Source: Bigelowiella natans CCMP2755
Taxonomy: Eukaryota > Protista > Cercozoa
Direction: 5' to 3'
Assembly (NCBI GenBank): GCA_000320545.1
Contig: ADNK01000828.1
Location: 62,001 to 126,000 of the forward strand
DNA: 64,000 nucleotides
Of this stretch, positions 14,100 to 28,615 are shown piece by piece. The position numbers were made by a program, and so were the translations under genes. How positions within the stretch are numbered: position 1 is the stretch's first letter; each line of letters starts with the position of its first letter. The notes under the pieces are model-generated. The model was not told the origin of the DNA. It made no database searches and saw only the letters and a program-made list of their open reading frames with translations.

Positions 14100-15443
14100 T
14101 TTAATAACTACATTTCTCCCAAAGGCCATCCTTGGGGGTTAGTGGCGGCAACGACCCCTGTATAGGTGTATTGATACGTGCGTGCGATTTGTGCACGAGA
14201 TGACACAAAAATAGAAAAATACAAATAATGCGAGTAGTATACTGATAGCAACGAAGAACAGCTTGACAGTATAGAAGCAGGGTAGTTAGGAGGGGTACAG
14301 AAGGGTAGATAGCACCTTTCACAATCTTATTCTGTAAGTTTGGAGGTGGTCGCAATTGCTGCATTTGCGAAAATTGAGTGCCCGCGTAGCTTGATGAATA
14401 GGAGTAGTTGAAGAAGGGATTCTGTTGTTCCTGTTGTTGGCCATCACCGACTGTTGTTTGTGCGGCAGGTGTTGGGGGGGAAGTCTCGGCTTTGGCCTCC
14501 TCTGTGTAATTGCGATGCACAATAAGGTGGTGATGATAAGACAGACCACGAAACCATCGATTGTGAGAGTACAAAAGCACGTTATTTTTTTTCTTCTTCT
14601 TCTTCTTCTTCTTCTTCTTCTTCTTCTTCTTCTCCTTCTACCGAAATCATGAATCCACTTGTTTCTCTGTGCCTCCTATTAAGTTTATCGGTAGTAACAC
14701 ATCCACCCACCCACCACCACACGCATACGAAAAGATGAGAAGTACAGGCATTGATTGGTTACTTGTACTTTGTGAAAGATCATGTTAACTTGTGATCATC
14801 GTCATCACCATCACCACCATCATCATATTCTTCTTTAATCAAATGAATAATCTTGTATTCTTCTTCCTGCTCGAGACGTCACATCACCCGTAGCTTTGCA
14901 GCTCTGATGCCCTTCTCTATTATATTCTTTAATAGGAGGAAGATAAGAGGATGGAGATGTCAGTTGGGAGATAAGGAGGGAAAGGGGGAGATATTGAGAG
15001 AGGAAAGAGCAGAAAAGAAAATAGCATCGATCCGGCACTGTTGTGCTATATTCTTACGCATGATCTTGTTGTCCTGATTCGTCTTCGATAGTAGTACTTT
15101 GTATATATCTTGCGGTATTACCTTCCTCTCTACGTCATAGTCAACAGCTTGCTCTTCATCTTCAAAGAATCCGATCCTGTTGTCTTTCGCTGCTTGCTTG
15201 TTCTTATCACTTCCTCTTGCCCGGGTACTCTTCACTTTTCGCATTCGTCTCTTCAACGATCTGACCACCTTCGCTTCCAAAGTCATAATTTTTGCCTCAA
15301 GATCCAGATTGGGTTTGTTGTCGTTGTCATTCTGATTGTCGTTCTGGTTCTCACTTTTAAGTTTTCGGTAGAATTCTGCCTGATCACTTTCTAAATACCT
15401 CTCCCACTTTTCTCCTCCATCGCTTGTTGTTGAAGAGCTCACC

Positions 15444-15528
<85 letters not shown>

Positions 15529-17300
15529 GTACGGCAATATGATAATTAGCATCATCATTATTGAGAAATCCCCTCTCTCTTTGCTATAAAAAATTAGAAA
15601 TATGTAAAATAGGTTTCACCGATTTCAACAATTTCACCCCTTCGCAGCGAATGTGTGCCAAACTAGTAGTTTGACACGCTTTTATCCATATGGACAGTAA
15701 ACTGGTGCTGCAGGTTTCGAGGTTTATCTTTTTTTTCCGTGTGTGTGACAGCAAGAATGAAGAACCTGTTTTGAGTCTTGCCTTCTATCAGCACCTCCAC
15801 TTCCAGCAGGACCATGAAACGATACCAAACCTTTCCTTTTCTTCTCCTTATGGTTGTTCTTGTCGTCGTCAGATGATGATGATGAGGAGGAGGAGAGTGG
15901 AGTTAACGTGGAACTCACAGGAGGGGAACCATCCGTGGGCTGCTCGCCATCCTCCATCACCTCGCCTACAACATCCGTTTCTTCTTCGAAAAGTGAACAA
16001 TCTTCCTCGTCATCAGACTCATCGGACGCTGCAACCTTTCGTCGTCTACCTCGAGACGATCTTGAATGACCTCGAGATGACGATTTTGTATGACCTTGAT
16101 AGTAACGATCATTTTCGTCCTCCTCCTCATTTTGCTCTGCGGTCCTTCTGCGTGCCATCAACTCTGTCCGTTTCTTTTCAGCAGCTTCTTTTTTTTTCCT
16201 CTCCTTCCGGTGCATGGAATCAATCTTAGACTGGATAGAGACCTCTGGCTTCTCAAACATCACGATCTGACAAATAATACCGATAGTAGTGTAGTGGTAA
16301 TAGTAGCACATGTTAATCAACAATTCCTTGCCAAAAATTGTTCCACGACGATATTCATAATGTTGTCGACCTTACGTTCATTGACTTCCTTGTGACCTTT
16401 ATCGTGGAATACATATGACATTTTCTCTGTGCCTGTCATTTGCCTTTTCATTCTTCTGAGTTTTTTCCTGGGTTCTGAAGGTAGCGCAGCCGCATTGGCC
16501 TGATTTCCCCATTTCCCGTAGTCAATCTTACTAATGCGCGTCGCTCTTCGACGTTTCTCTAATGGGCGACCAACTGATGATCTCCGATTACGATTATTGT
16601 TACCCCAACGATTCCTTTTGCTTTTCCCCCCTCTCAGTTTTCGGTATGTAGTAGTAGCGGGCGTGTCTATTGTACGGACTATTATCGACGAAAATTCATG
16701 CGGGACATCGAGATCTGTAATCCTTATCGGAACTCGTCGTTGTCTTTCGATAGGGGAGCCCGAACAAAATTGGATCATAGACGTCGGAGGAAAAAAATAG
16801 ATGATGATGAGCAGCATCGAGGTTGCTAACATTCGCGACTTAACGCTTGTTCTGCTTATGTTTTAATGCGGATAATGTTGCCGCCTTGCAGCTGCTTCAA
16901 TATATCCGTAGAATAAGCCTATGCGATATATACATGTGTATATGAGTATATATATATTGTAATAAAAGTTTCTACAAAGTAGAAAAAAAAGAATGCGGAG
17001 GGGGGAAATCGAGGCCATAATCAGGAAGCAGATCTAGCTACTACGACCCTTTTTTTGGCGCCTTAGCCTCCATTCCTCAGATTTTCTGGAAACATATACA
17101 CAAACTTCATCTATGTACGTTGAATAGCGTCGAGCTGACACAAGTGCACACGAGTGCACACGAGTACGACACTGTTCCAGACGATGCTCTTCCCCCCCTT
17201 CGTCATCGCTGCTCACCTTAATGATTCTGGCCATTTTGGGAGAACCAGATGCCACAAGAATGGAGAAGAGCAGTGGCATCATGCAGTGGCTGCTGTCGTC
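14100..17300 (-). CDS. multi-exon low-complexity, charged hypothetical protein (may continue into the gene below 13900)
   Basis: Open segments 14101-14580, 14960-15442, 15724-16323 and 16317-16832 are K/R/E/S-rich and flanked by SSR introns. Confidence 0.3.
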
Positions 17301-17989
17301 GACACCCGAAAGATCGCACCTGGATGAGGTCAGAGCGCAATATGGAAGTAATGCACTAGTTAGTTGTTGAGGAGGAGGAGAGCTGTCTCTCCTATTTACT
17401 GCTGTTACTGTGATACTACTACGTACGACAACTGTTTGGAATTGTCGCATGCCATCAATTACCATCATTTCTTTCCTGCTGCTCTAGCTCGAACCGATTG
17501 GATTGACTAGCCGATACATCTTCATTTGAAAGCGACGAATCGTGATTCTGCTGAGAAAACATAGAAAACCTCCTCCATTTCATCTATTTTTTGTTATTGC
17601 CGGTGGGATACCGGTGGTATGCTAAAAGAAGATATTATTTTTTCGGGGATTCAAACACCCCGATTTGAATTTTCGGTTGGTTGAGTGTTGAGAATAGGCT
17701 TCGTTTTCCTTCTCTGTGGAGCAGCAGCATCACCAGCAGCATAGGAGAGCAATAGCTGTTGCAGCCGCACCGCCCTGGCTCGGTCCCTGCTAAGAGATCA
17801 CTTGGATCGGCGCAACACCCACCATCTTCTACAGATATTAGACTCTACTTGAGCAGTGCAATGCCCGCTATACACGTCTAATTGCTTCCAACGTCTAGAT
17901 ACCACTACCATCCATTTGGCGAGGTATGATGTACACTATCCCAATACATGCCCCTTTCCACCACTTGACTTATTTCTTCTTAACATTCA

Positions 17990-20900
17990 ACAGCCATTGA
18001 AGAATGAAATTCGGAGATGAGAGCACTGTTACCCTGCTGTTGGTTCTGTTTGCTCCTCTCCTCCCTGGGTGTCTCCTCCATGGGTATTACCTCTTATTAT
18101 TTCAGTAACGCTTGATCAGCAAAACCTAAGCTGCCCAAAATTGAATCTAAAATTTAAATTTATAGCGGAATTGGTCCGTTAGCTGTTGTCGGGCAACTGG
18201 TACCAGCAGATGCGGCATATGGATTGAAGATATTACACCCAAATGATGGCTTAAACAAGGAGAGGGTGGCCCCGGATCTCTTCCTACCCGAGCATCCTCC
18301 TTTCTCAGAGCCATTGGAATTCGATACATGCCCATGCGCTGCCGACATTTTGAGCAAGGTGACACAGGCTTCTAGTCATTAAAAGTCTAAATAGGAAAGG
18401 AAAACCGCTCACATATATACGACTTTTTGTCAGATTTCTGCAACTGCCTCTTTGGACAGATGGCTCCCAAATGTAAGTTTCAACTCGTCAGGATTTCTCG
18501 AAGCCGAGGATAAGGCAGCAACCAGAACTCTATCCGAAGAGTCTTTAGAGCATATCAAAGATCATTGGGAGCGTGTGGGACAAACGCTGAGAGATGTAAC
18601 TTGCTCGCTTAAAACACAGCATATATACTCATTATACCATCCCTATCACAAACACTCAGGGCATCATCATATGTAATTGTGATAGCCTTTATCATCGGAG
18701 TGGTGGTTGATAAACACAGGCTAAGGATCCTCGTCTTACCGAAAGTTGGGCTGACCAAGGGAGGCGTATAGAGAATATGGAAAAAATACTTGTCGGGGAG
18801 TCACAAGGGGGTCTTCTAAATCCGGGGATTCCAGGAGACATTCTCTCCCGGAAGTTGGAACTTGCATCATATATGTTCGAAGTTGACACTGGCCATCGAC
18901 CTGATTTTAAGAGGGTAAGAGCAGCATTTTGTGCGATGATGATGCGTTGATGCATGATGCCATGTTGATATACTCATTTTTGGTTATGATGGTGTGTGAC
19001 TGATTGCAGAGCATTGCTCGGATATCATATATCGAAAAGACAATATACGATAATATGAGGAACTTAAAGGTTTGTTTGTCATAATTTTGACTCAAGAATA
19101 CAAACGTCCGAACTGTTATAGAAAAGTCATTGGTTGTCCTCATCAGAATTTGGAAGAAAGCAAGAAATTGGAAGAATCTGTCAACGGTGGAGGTGTGCTT
19201 GCCCCTCAGACAACGAGTGATTGGCGCACGTCGCCCCCCCCACAAGGGCCAATTTCTGATCTTCTCACGGTTGGTGACCAGCTGTTTGTCTTGGCCACTC
19301 GAATAACTGTGCCTTTGAATTCTTCGTTAATGGATAATCTCCTTTCTAACGTCGGTTGTGATGCTGCAAATGATAACAACAGGGTGGGTTTGATGGACAA
19401 GCACAGAAGGGACTTTTATTCTCATCTCTCCCAATAGACTCATTGAGTTCAACAGATATTGCCGACGACATCCAGCCTGTTGCTACTTCTGTATTATCAT
19501 CATCATCAGTACGTACCTTCTAACTTAGACCACTGTTTTATGTTGTGCATGTTCTCCTTGCCCCTCCTCTTTCCTGCCCTCTCTCTCCTTCGCTCGATCA
19601 TCAGTCGTCTATATTTCTTGCTCTGCTGTCTCTCCGTTTGTCTCTTTTAGCTCTTCTTTTGTTTGCTCTCTCCTGTTTTTTTCAAGAATGAACCTTGTCG
19701 CCACTCCCTCCCTCCTTTGTGGCCCGCAAGTCATTCATTCACAGCATGCGATGTTGGGATTGTAAATGTAATCTATATCATCAGGATGATCTCCCAGTAG
19801 CTTTAATTGAAGAAAACAATCATAAATCATCGGTCAAGACAGGAACCGTCAGCACGGAATCTGGGAAATTCAAGCGAGTGAAAATCGTCCAAGATATGTC
19901 ATCATCAAACAAGGATAGTGCGGAAAATCTATATTTGCGTGTTCCGACAATCATCAACTCTTCATCTTCTTGGCTAAGAAATAACAATGAAGCAGTTTCT
20001 CGCCGAAATTTGGAGCGGAAAGAGCCCATGAAAATGAATGTGCAACAGCAGCAGCATGATAGTCGTCACTCTGTCGATAACGTGGATAATTCTGCAGTTG
20101 TCGATGTCATTGATAAGAGCAACGATAATGCAGCAGTGATCCAAAGCTTCAGTAAACTCTCAGAACTACTCAGCAGCGCCTTGAAAGATGGTGACAATAA
20201 TCCCTCAAATCACGAGAGAAATAGGAGCAGTAAAAGCAGTAGCATCAAAGAGTCTTCTTCTTCTCCGTCTTCTTCTTCCAAGGATCATAGCCAGATCCTA
20301 GCTGGACATGGTATTGACAATCACAATGAAGATCTTCTTGGCGGCTCGAACATGCTGCAATCCCAGGAGAGCAATAAGGACAAATCTGAATGGAAGAACA
20401 AGAACAATAGAAGATCCTCTCATCATCACGCAAATAGAGGAAAAGATGAATCACAACAGAGAAAAGGGAAAAGCTCGCAAGCACAAGCTATTGATGAAAA
20501 ACAAAATTCTGGCAGAGCGAAGCAAGATCAATCTCGAGAATCTTCTCAAAAAGACGCTGCAGAAACCAAAAATAAATCGAAAACGCATCATAAGCACCTT
20601 CTGAAGAAAGGAGGTCATTTTAACCGGCATGGACGTTTGCAGCAAAGCAAAAAGAATGCAGAGAAGAAGGAAGTATCCCCACTAGCATCAGCAAAATCAT
20701 CTGATTCATCCTCAAAATCAGAAAACAGCGTACAAGCCACAGAAGATTCAAAGAAAGGTGATGCCGACAAGACCAAGAAAGATGATGTGCAAGACAAAAG
20801 CACTTATCAACAGTTGGAGCATGGATCAGCCAACATGTTTCCCTACCCTCCATTTCTACTGCCTGATGACTTTCGCTGGACTGCAGTAGCTCATGTCGTC

Positions 20901-21506
20901 TGCCATGTCGCCCAAGCAGATGGCCTTGCTCCTAAAGAAAAACGTGCTATTACCATGTCACTGCTTACCCGTGGGGCACCGCGTATCACAGTTATAGAAG
21001 CTTTAAATGGAGCTGTGTCGCAAGGGAAAGAAATAGGGATGGAGCTGAAGGATACTGATGCACTAAATCAATACTTTCTAGATCTCAGATCTTCAAGAAA
21101 AGAGTAAGGAAATGATAAAATGATTATTGACCATGCCCATGCTATTCTGTGTCTTAAATATGAATCTTACCTTAGGGCACTTCATATGGCCATAATGGCG
21201 GCAGTGGCGGACAATGAGCTCTCAACAATAGAAAGTGAAATGCTGAAATACGTGGCAAAAGGATTGGGAGCCCTTCCGGGTGAACTCGACCAGGTCACTA
21301 TAATTATGATAATCAAACCGCCTATGGCAACATTCTGGTGGTCATTTTACCTTGTTTGCCTGAATTCATCATTAATCGAGTAGGTGCTGCAGCTTGTAAA
21401 AGCGCAGATGTCTCTGCAGGATGTTACTGCGAAGATCTTGTATGGATTGGAACCGACAAAATCCCGAAGTGTAGTCATGCAAGCACTAGTATCGCAATCG
21501 ATCTAG
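17990..21506 (+). CDS. multi-exon protein with long S/K/N-rich region and C-terminal TerB-like (tellurite resistance/DjlA-N) helical domain
   Basis: Exons can be joined in frame to the 19784-21103 exon. The C-terminus has two TerB-like motifs, VCHVAQADG-LAPKEKRAI and AIMAAVADNELSTIESEMLKYVAKGLG. Stop TAG at 21504-21506. The 5' start is not resolved, and 17990-19437 could be a separate gene. Confidence 0.55.
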
Positions 21507-22159
21507 TTGATGTGAATCTACTACTTGTCTAGACTGCCTGCAAACAGCTTCGAGTTGAGGTGGATCCAACTCTCTTGGATGTCGCTATGTGCACGCACAC
21601 ACACCTCTCGCAATGCGACGACTCTTTATATTGATGTGCTATGTACACGCAAGCGATGTGCAACACGATGATGCGAACTTTTGACGAGTTTGTTTAGTAT
21701 ACGATGAATCGAAAAGAAGCCCGCAACACAATGAATGCATTATCATGTACACATGCCAACGTGTACGATGTCTTGTACGAGCAATAAGGCTACTGATCAA
21801 TGCCAGCCATCTGCAGCAAAGATGCTCCTCTGCTACATATGCTACGCTTACATATATTATTGTTGCGTCAGGCCTAACTATATATATGCAATGCGGCAGT
21901 ATAGCTGCAACTAGCTAACTAGCTGCGACTCGGCGGCGTAAACAAATTATCATACGGTATATAAGTATCTAGAGTTTTTCGAAGTAGACGTATTACCGAA
22001 GCAGACTTATTGGAAAAACATTCACTAACATTAAAATTATGAAGAAGGTACAGCATCACAGTCCACGACAATACGCCTTATAATGACTTGCTTGGAGCTC
22101 CTTTCTCTATCTGACATGCTACGCTTAATCGAAGATTGGTTTCGTGGACAGCAATGGAT

Positions 22160-23180
22160 CTAGAGTCTATGAGCAGCTCCTGCATAAGGTTGCGTAACGT
22201 ACTGGTGGCCACCGCCACCTGGCCTCGATACTGGCACAGCCTGCACTATGTCTGCTTCAGCACTCCCAGCTTGGGAGGCACCTACAGTACTAACGGGCTC
22301 TGCAGAGGCTGGCATTGGATAGGCATCAGCATGGGCTCCTTGGACAGGGTATGCATTAGCAACTCCTAGTACACCACCTGCACCAGGTTGGTGACCCATG
22401 TGCATTGCTCCCTCAATATCGTTGCGAATGATTTCAAGTAGTTGGTGCCAAAGTTTGCGGCCCAGATAGAAGGAACTGGATAATGAAAAAAGAGTAACTC
22501 TGAATTTTGAAAAGTGCATCACACAATTCTAATTTTAATTACCTTGTGTAAACCACGATTGCGAAAATGCTTACAACTTGGAAGGCAATTTCTCTCCACT
22601 TTGGAGTTATCTATGTGATATGACAAGGAACAAGGAACTTAGATTCAAAAGTAAAACTATGCCATTTAAACACTAACCTTGTACACACCAGCGTAAAATA
22701 AAATCAATATCAGAAGGTCCACAATAAGGCTTGCTAAGCAATACCTATAACACGAGAGTGATAATAAGTTTTCCATCTTCGTGCCGTGCGATAAAACTGA
22801 CCAGAAATAGCATCTAAGCCAATGTGCTCGAAATCCCAAGTTACTGCGCACCGATGCAAGTCCGAAACCCTGACACATAATATTGTGTAACTCTGAGATT
22901 AAGTCTTTCGGATGTAAAGATTAGATCCAGATATTACAGCGAATAAGCACTCAATGATCCCAGAGAACCAATTAATTGTGAAGAACTCGCTGAATGTTAT
23001 AAAAGTGATGACGGGAGTATTTCAGAACACGGGTTTCAGTGGGATTCTAGTCTGGTTGCAAAATTACCAAAGAGCTATAAGAATATGTACCCCGATTACA
23101 ATTCTTAAAAAACTGGCGGTCTCAATTGCGTCAGCATTGGGCACGATGGGCGGTATGGGTTGGCCAAAAACTAGTCCCAT
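22160..23180 (-). CDS. small multi-pass membrane protein with P/A/Q-rich tail, hypothetical
   Basis: ATG at 23180 (MGLVFGQPIPPIVPNADAIETASFLRIVIG). Hydrophobic exons CLASLIVDLLILILFYAGVY and AFQVVSIFAIVVY. Last exon 22160-22480. Confidence 0.55.
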
Positions 23181-23246
23181 CTCGTGAGATTTTGCAGCAG
23201 GTGATAATGAACAGCTGTTCAACAGGGATAACTCTCTCAGCTCTTG

Positions 23247-24385
23247 ATGATAGAGGAATTTACTAGCAACCAGGCTTTCCTTCTAATCATCATCACTCTC
23301 CCCCCCTCTCCCTCTCCCTCTCCCTCTCTCTCCTTTCAGTTGATGGATAACCAATCTAATGAGAAGCTTGCTGGTTGGTTTGTATCTACCTTTACTGAGA
23401 TTCGTCGTCTTCAGTCGGTTTTGTAGGAAGAAAAAGCGTAAAATCGGATGACGTATGTGATAATTGGCCTCCATTTCTTCCTGAAGATCATTCCCCAGAA
23501 CTGCAGCCTCGCGAGCTAGCGCTGCAGCACCGCTCTGCAAGAGCGGGCGACTGAGATTTCCTACGGGTTAAGAGTTGGAGGTAAAGGTAAAGATAAAAAA
23601 GCTCAATAGGAACTCACGATCATGATGAAGATGAAAATGACGATGATAATTATGATCCTGGTCAAAGATGTAATGATAATAATTATTACGAATGAATGAA
23701 GAAGTAAATCAAGGCTAAACATAAGAGCCAAAAAAAATGCAAGCTCAGATCCAATTTATTTACGTGCTTAGGCTTGGGTTCAGTTTGTACCTGAATATTA
23801 GGGAGAAATGGCTGATGTCGACGGACTCATCCTCTCCAATTTCAAGGTCGTTCACCATGAAACTATTCCAACTCGATCTAAGTGTTTGGTGTTTAGATGT
23901 TCCACCTCGTGGATCGTATTTGTGACTCGGCAAAATCCGGAGGTGATGATGCTACTCGGCGAGGCATGGTAGAGGAATTGAAGACAGTACGAGCTGAAGG
24001 CCAGGCTGTCTCCGCTGAAATACGACGAAAGTTGAATGCAATGACTGAGCCAGCTTCGACAGTAAGACATTTATATTTCTTCTGCTGTTTCCCAAATTGA
24101 CTAACAAGAACTTCCAGGCTACCATGGCGACCAAACGACAACTTGCGGAAAGAGATAGACTGCGTGGGGTAAACTATTTCAGCTGAACTGACGGTACCTT
24201 ATTTGACATGAGTGAAATGTGTAGGAAATTGAAATTGAGAATGGGAAGATCTTGCGCATAATAGAAAGGTACGCAACGTAATCCTCTCTCTCGGATCCTG
24301 ATTTTTAATACAACAACAGAATTCGGACAATGCAGGCTGTGGCTTCCATGGCCGATACCGATTGTGAACCAAAGAACAAATGAAG
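23247..24385 (+). CDS. small multi-exon coiled-coil hypothetical protein
   Basis: Short GT-AG bounded exons such as MFHLVDRICDSAKSGGDDATRRGMVEELKTVRAEGQAVSAEIRRKLNAM. Confidence 0.4.
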
Positions 24386-25016
24386 GAAACGTGGCGAGGG
24401 TTTCAACTTGTGTTTCATGTCATAGAAATCGATCAATCTTTTACATCATTATGTTGAAAGTGACCTACAAAGCAAACGAAGGTATGAGTGCCTAGTAGTT
24501 GCATAATGAACATGCGCTATAATATGGATATGTACGTACGGCTTACGCATGTTGTAACGAAAACGCTTTATACGTATCGATCGTAGCTGGCAGCACAAAT
24601 GTGTGTATCTCGCACGTGTTATACGCATTATCATGTGCACACCTGTAACAACACCGTATGCGATGTGCGATGGCAGAATAACAACGTAGCATACGTACTA
24701 GCGGAGATGTAAGTGAGCACGCCTAGCGCGTCAGCTGACGATTGCTGCACAAATATCTAGATGCGTGTGACAGCAACTAAGTCATGCAAAGGCAGCATTA
24801 CTTTCTATAACGATCAGATTTGTCAGAAAATAGCAGTGAATTATGGCAATAGGTGCGGATAGTGTTTAATTAACGTCTGCGATAACACCCTTTTTACGCA
24901 ATATCTAAGCATCGCAACAAAGTATTGACGTCATCTAGCTCGATCGCTAAGGTGCTATGATTTACGTATCGTAGACTACACATATTTAGCTACTGGTATC
25001 CGTGAAGATTAGCTAA

Positions 25017-25995
25017 TTATAAGTAAGTGTATCCAAAGAACCCCCTATCGTTTAACCATTCTAGTATGTATCCTTGAAATTCAGCCGTTAGGATGAATAG
25101 CGTTGAGAACACTATGACGGCAATACCCTAGATTGGAAATTCAGTTAGAAGAAAACGAATGGATAGCAAGAGAATGCCTCTTACCCTGAGGATTACTGTT
25201 TGGACAGCTGGAACTTTCAAACTAGTTGCCGTATCGATAAAGATATCTAAGAAACTAGGCCCCTGAATCATTTCATCTTTTCAGTGAAAATACTTCGATT
25301 ATTGTATTCGTTAAGATGCTATTACATCAGATTTATCCTCCTCAGCCATATCTTTCTCTGAGAGCATGTAGTCAGCAATATTTCGGATTCCTGGCTCCTC
25401 TTTCTCATCCTTAATTGAAAAACTTGTCATTAAGATGCTACAAATTTACAGAGAGTGGACAGACCTTTTTAGCTCGAACATGTGTCACCCCCTTCACCTG
25501 GCTCATTTTAAAAATTGATGGGGTGCCTGTATATAATAAAGAGCTTCTTCAATAGAACATAATATAACCATGAATTATTCCTACTTTTTATCGTTCTGCT
25601 TCCTGGATTTTGAAATTTGTTCAAGTTTCTCCCATTTGATTGAATGACCCTACGCGTAAAAATGGAAATAAGGATGTATCATATCGATCTCATGATTTGC
25701 AACCGACCTTGTGGGTGTAATCGACCGAACCGTCCCTATATTGACAATCACAGATATATTAAAGCTATACAAGCAGAACTGCCTCTATTTCGTTCCAGCT
25801 CCAGTACATGTGAAAATCTGAACCCCCCTCCCAACCCTTCTGACCGAGCTCTACTGGGCCTGCTCGGTCCACTATACTCGAGCTCCATAGAGATATTGTG
25901 AGGAAACAAGCCGCAACTAGAACTGCGATCGATAATCTTGTGAACCTGCGACGAGAATCAACGCCTGTGCGGGCGAGGGGGCGTCGTAACCCCAT
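25017..25995 (-). CDS. probable plastid-targeted membrane protein, possibly SecE-like
   Basis: N-terminal hydrophobic segment (LSIAVLVAACFLTISLW). Last two exons join as GPSFLDIFIDTATSLKVPAVQTVILR|GIAVIVFSTLFILTAEFQGYILEWL. Stop TAA at 25017-25019. Confidence 0.4.
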
Positions 25996-26330
25996 ACCTA
26001 CGAGCGTATGTTGTTTGTGTTCTGTTGAAGTCGGTTCGTGGTTTTCGCGTGAACGAATGCGTTTTATTATCTACGACAACCTCTAATTCAAACACACCAG
26101 CCAGAAACTCACCACCGTCCAGAGGAAAATCGTTCGACTTTTTGGGACGAAATTGTTCCGACAAAGCTATTCATGATGTCGATGTTCTTCGCCTGATGGA
26201 GCTCAGAATGTTATTCATGGAATTTTAATTCGTGTGAATATTTGTATGATATATTTAGTATGAATTATGGACTAAAATTTGATTCGAAGAGAAGAGCAAC
26301 CACCACGGGATCGAGCAAGCTTGCAGAACG

Positions 26331-26972
26331 ATGGCGTCAACTAAAGACAAGGTTCTGACCCTTCCATGCCCTCCTATTTTATTCTAGCCTATTTCATTAA
26401 CGCTACACGAAACATGGGTGTGACATTAGTGTTTAAGGAGCGCGAGGGGAGATATATATTTCCCTCACTAATTTGCTATCTGTCCGGAAAATTACTTTAT
26501 GATCGTTCCTGCTTGATTTGAAGGTATGGGGCGGAAGCGTACCAGTAAAATTCTCCCTTGCCTCGCGGGAAGTTACAGCCATGCAAGCACCGAAGCCCAT
26601 ATATGTAAGTGACAGCATACTTTACAAAAGAGCTCTCCTCGTTCATTGTCTCACAAATCACCACTCAGAAACTGCTTCCCCGTATGAGCTATTTGCCGCT
26701 GGTGACGACATCAGTTCGCGATCATTTTGTCAATTATGCTCCTGCTATAAGAGGCGACCTCTGGTTCGACTTCGATGGAAGGCCTCTTAAGTGGTGACTA
26801 GACCACTGTTGACAAAAGCTTCACGTTGTAACATAAGCATCATGTCCTCTGCACTATCAATCTAGGCACTACCCAATTGGAGTATTATTCGACCTCGTGC
26901 ATAACTGCGGTGACAAGAACTCTAGTGCAACAAGGCTTCCTTTAGAAATAACCGTTCACTTCACAGGGTAGC

Positions 26973-27006
<34 letters not shown>

Positions 27007-27917
27007 CAACTTTGTTTATTATGCAAAAGAAGTGAATTGAAAATGTTGTTCTTCAGGTATCCATCGGAGCTTCTTCCTTGCAAAACACTGAGCACTGTAA
27101 ATGAACACTTCTTTCATAGCCTCAAAGAGGTACAGTATCTGTTCTCTTCCAAATCTTGAGCAGGCTCTTACAACAAGTGATGGTGTCTGTTGTACATTTG
27201 GTACTCAGGGCTGCTATTTGAAGTATGGGACGTCTTCCATCATAATGAATATGCAAAAGTCTCTTCATTTAAAAATGGAGCAATCCCTTGTTACAGGTAT
27301 TTGGTTGTGGGAAGAATGATTGTGAATGCAATCATCAATCGAGTAAAATGAAACTCCAACAACTGCTAATGTGGATTAGCTAATTCTTCTGCTCTCTTCT
27401 TCGAGGTGACTACCGTCTCTACCAGCAAGCTTCTAGAAATTGGGCGATCTCGGATTCAAAATGCCAGAAGATTCCGGTAGCAACAACGGACGACGATTGT
27501 GACGTGTATTCGGAAACAGCAGCACTCGGAGTCATTAGTCAATCATCCACTGATCAACAACTGCTAATAGTATTCCATTTCTTTTGTCGTTACCTCATTT
27601 GGCCTTATTATGTCTAGATTCGCATAATGATTGGTGATGGATTTAATGACAAAACGATAAAGAATCGACTGGTACTCATTCAACTCTCTTCTCTCCTTGC
27701 GTCGATCAGAAACAGCCGACAAATTTGAAAAAATGTGTTATTATTACTGTTATCAGATACAACCATCTTTAGAAATGAAGGACCTAGAGGGTATGCAACA
27801 TTTGAGTGTATTGTATCCTTCCTCTCCTCTTCTTTCTCCCTTTGTCTCTACTGTCTTTAGCCCCTCCCCCCCCTATTTCCCTCTCTCCCTATTTCTCTCT
27901 CCCTATTTCTCTCCCCC

Positions 27918-27959
<42 letters not shown>

Positions 27960-28615
27960 GTGTGTGTGTGTGTGCGCGCGCGCGCGCGCATTGACTTGAT
28001 TCGACGAAAATTCATATTTCCAGGGAAACCCTTCACGCTTCGGAGTGCTCTAAAAAGCACCTTCCCCTCTCTAGATTTGAAATTGTAGTAATTCTAGTGT
28101 AGCACAAAATAAAATTACAACTACATCATGATAGTACATCATTGCTATTTTTTTCCATAGCCAAACATATATGACAACAAAGAGCATCGCATCTCTTACC
28201 CCTTTACAGAGATATCGTCTTAAATGCGGAGTATTAAATAGATTTGGAGGATGATGGTGTGATGTTACCAATAGCCTTTGGATGTACTTCTGACTATCTT
28301 TTCCTACTACATGATAGTATTCGCGCTGTCGTACAAGGTATAAAAGTACCAACAGAGACGTCGCTCTTCTACCTTGCTGAAAATATGTGCCACGCCGACC
28401 AATTTCTATACATATGTCTCTCATTGCACACAACGCCTCAAAATCCAAGTGAGGATGCAGACGGTAAAATAGAGCGACAAGATATTGAAGGAAAGGAGGA
28501 GGGGGTGGATGAAGACGTAAGAGAAGGCGCTATTCAGAAGACCAAAGCCAAAGCAAACACAGATCGTAGTCAGGAGCAAAATGAAGTTGATAGCAATCTT
28601 GAAAGTGCAACATGA
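26331..28615 (+). CDS. ATG5: autophagy protein 5
   Basis: Spliced motifs VWGGSVPV, LLPRMSYLPL, WFDFDGRPLKW|HYPIGVLFDL, PLEITVHF, FFHSLKE|GCYLKYG and QGIKVPTETSLFYLAENMCHADQFLYI match the ATG5 family. Confidence 0.93.

Noticed and set aside
19695-19783. Start of the 470-aa ORF
   Set aside because: It begins with TTG in intron-like sequence. A CAG acceptor at about 19783 and in-frame upstream exons suggest an internal exon.
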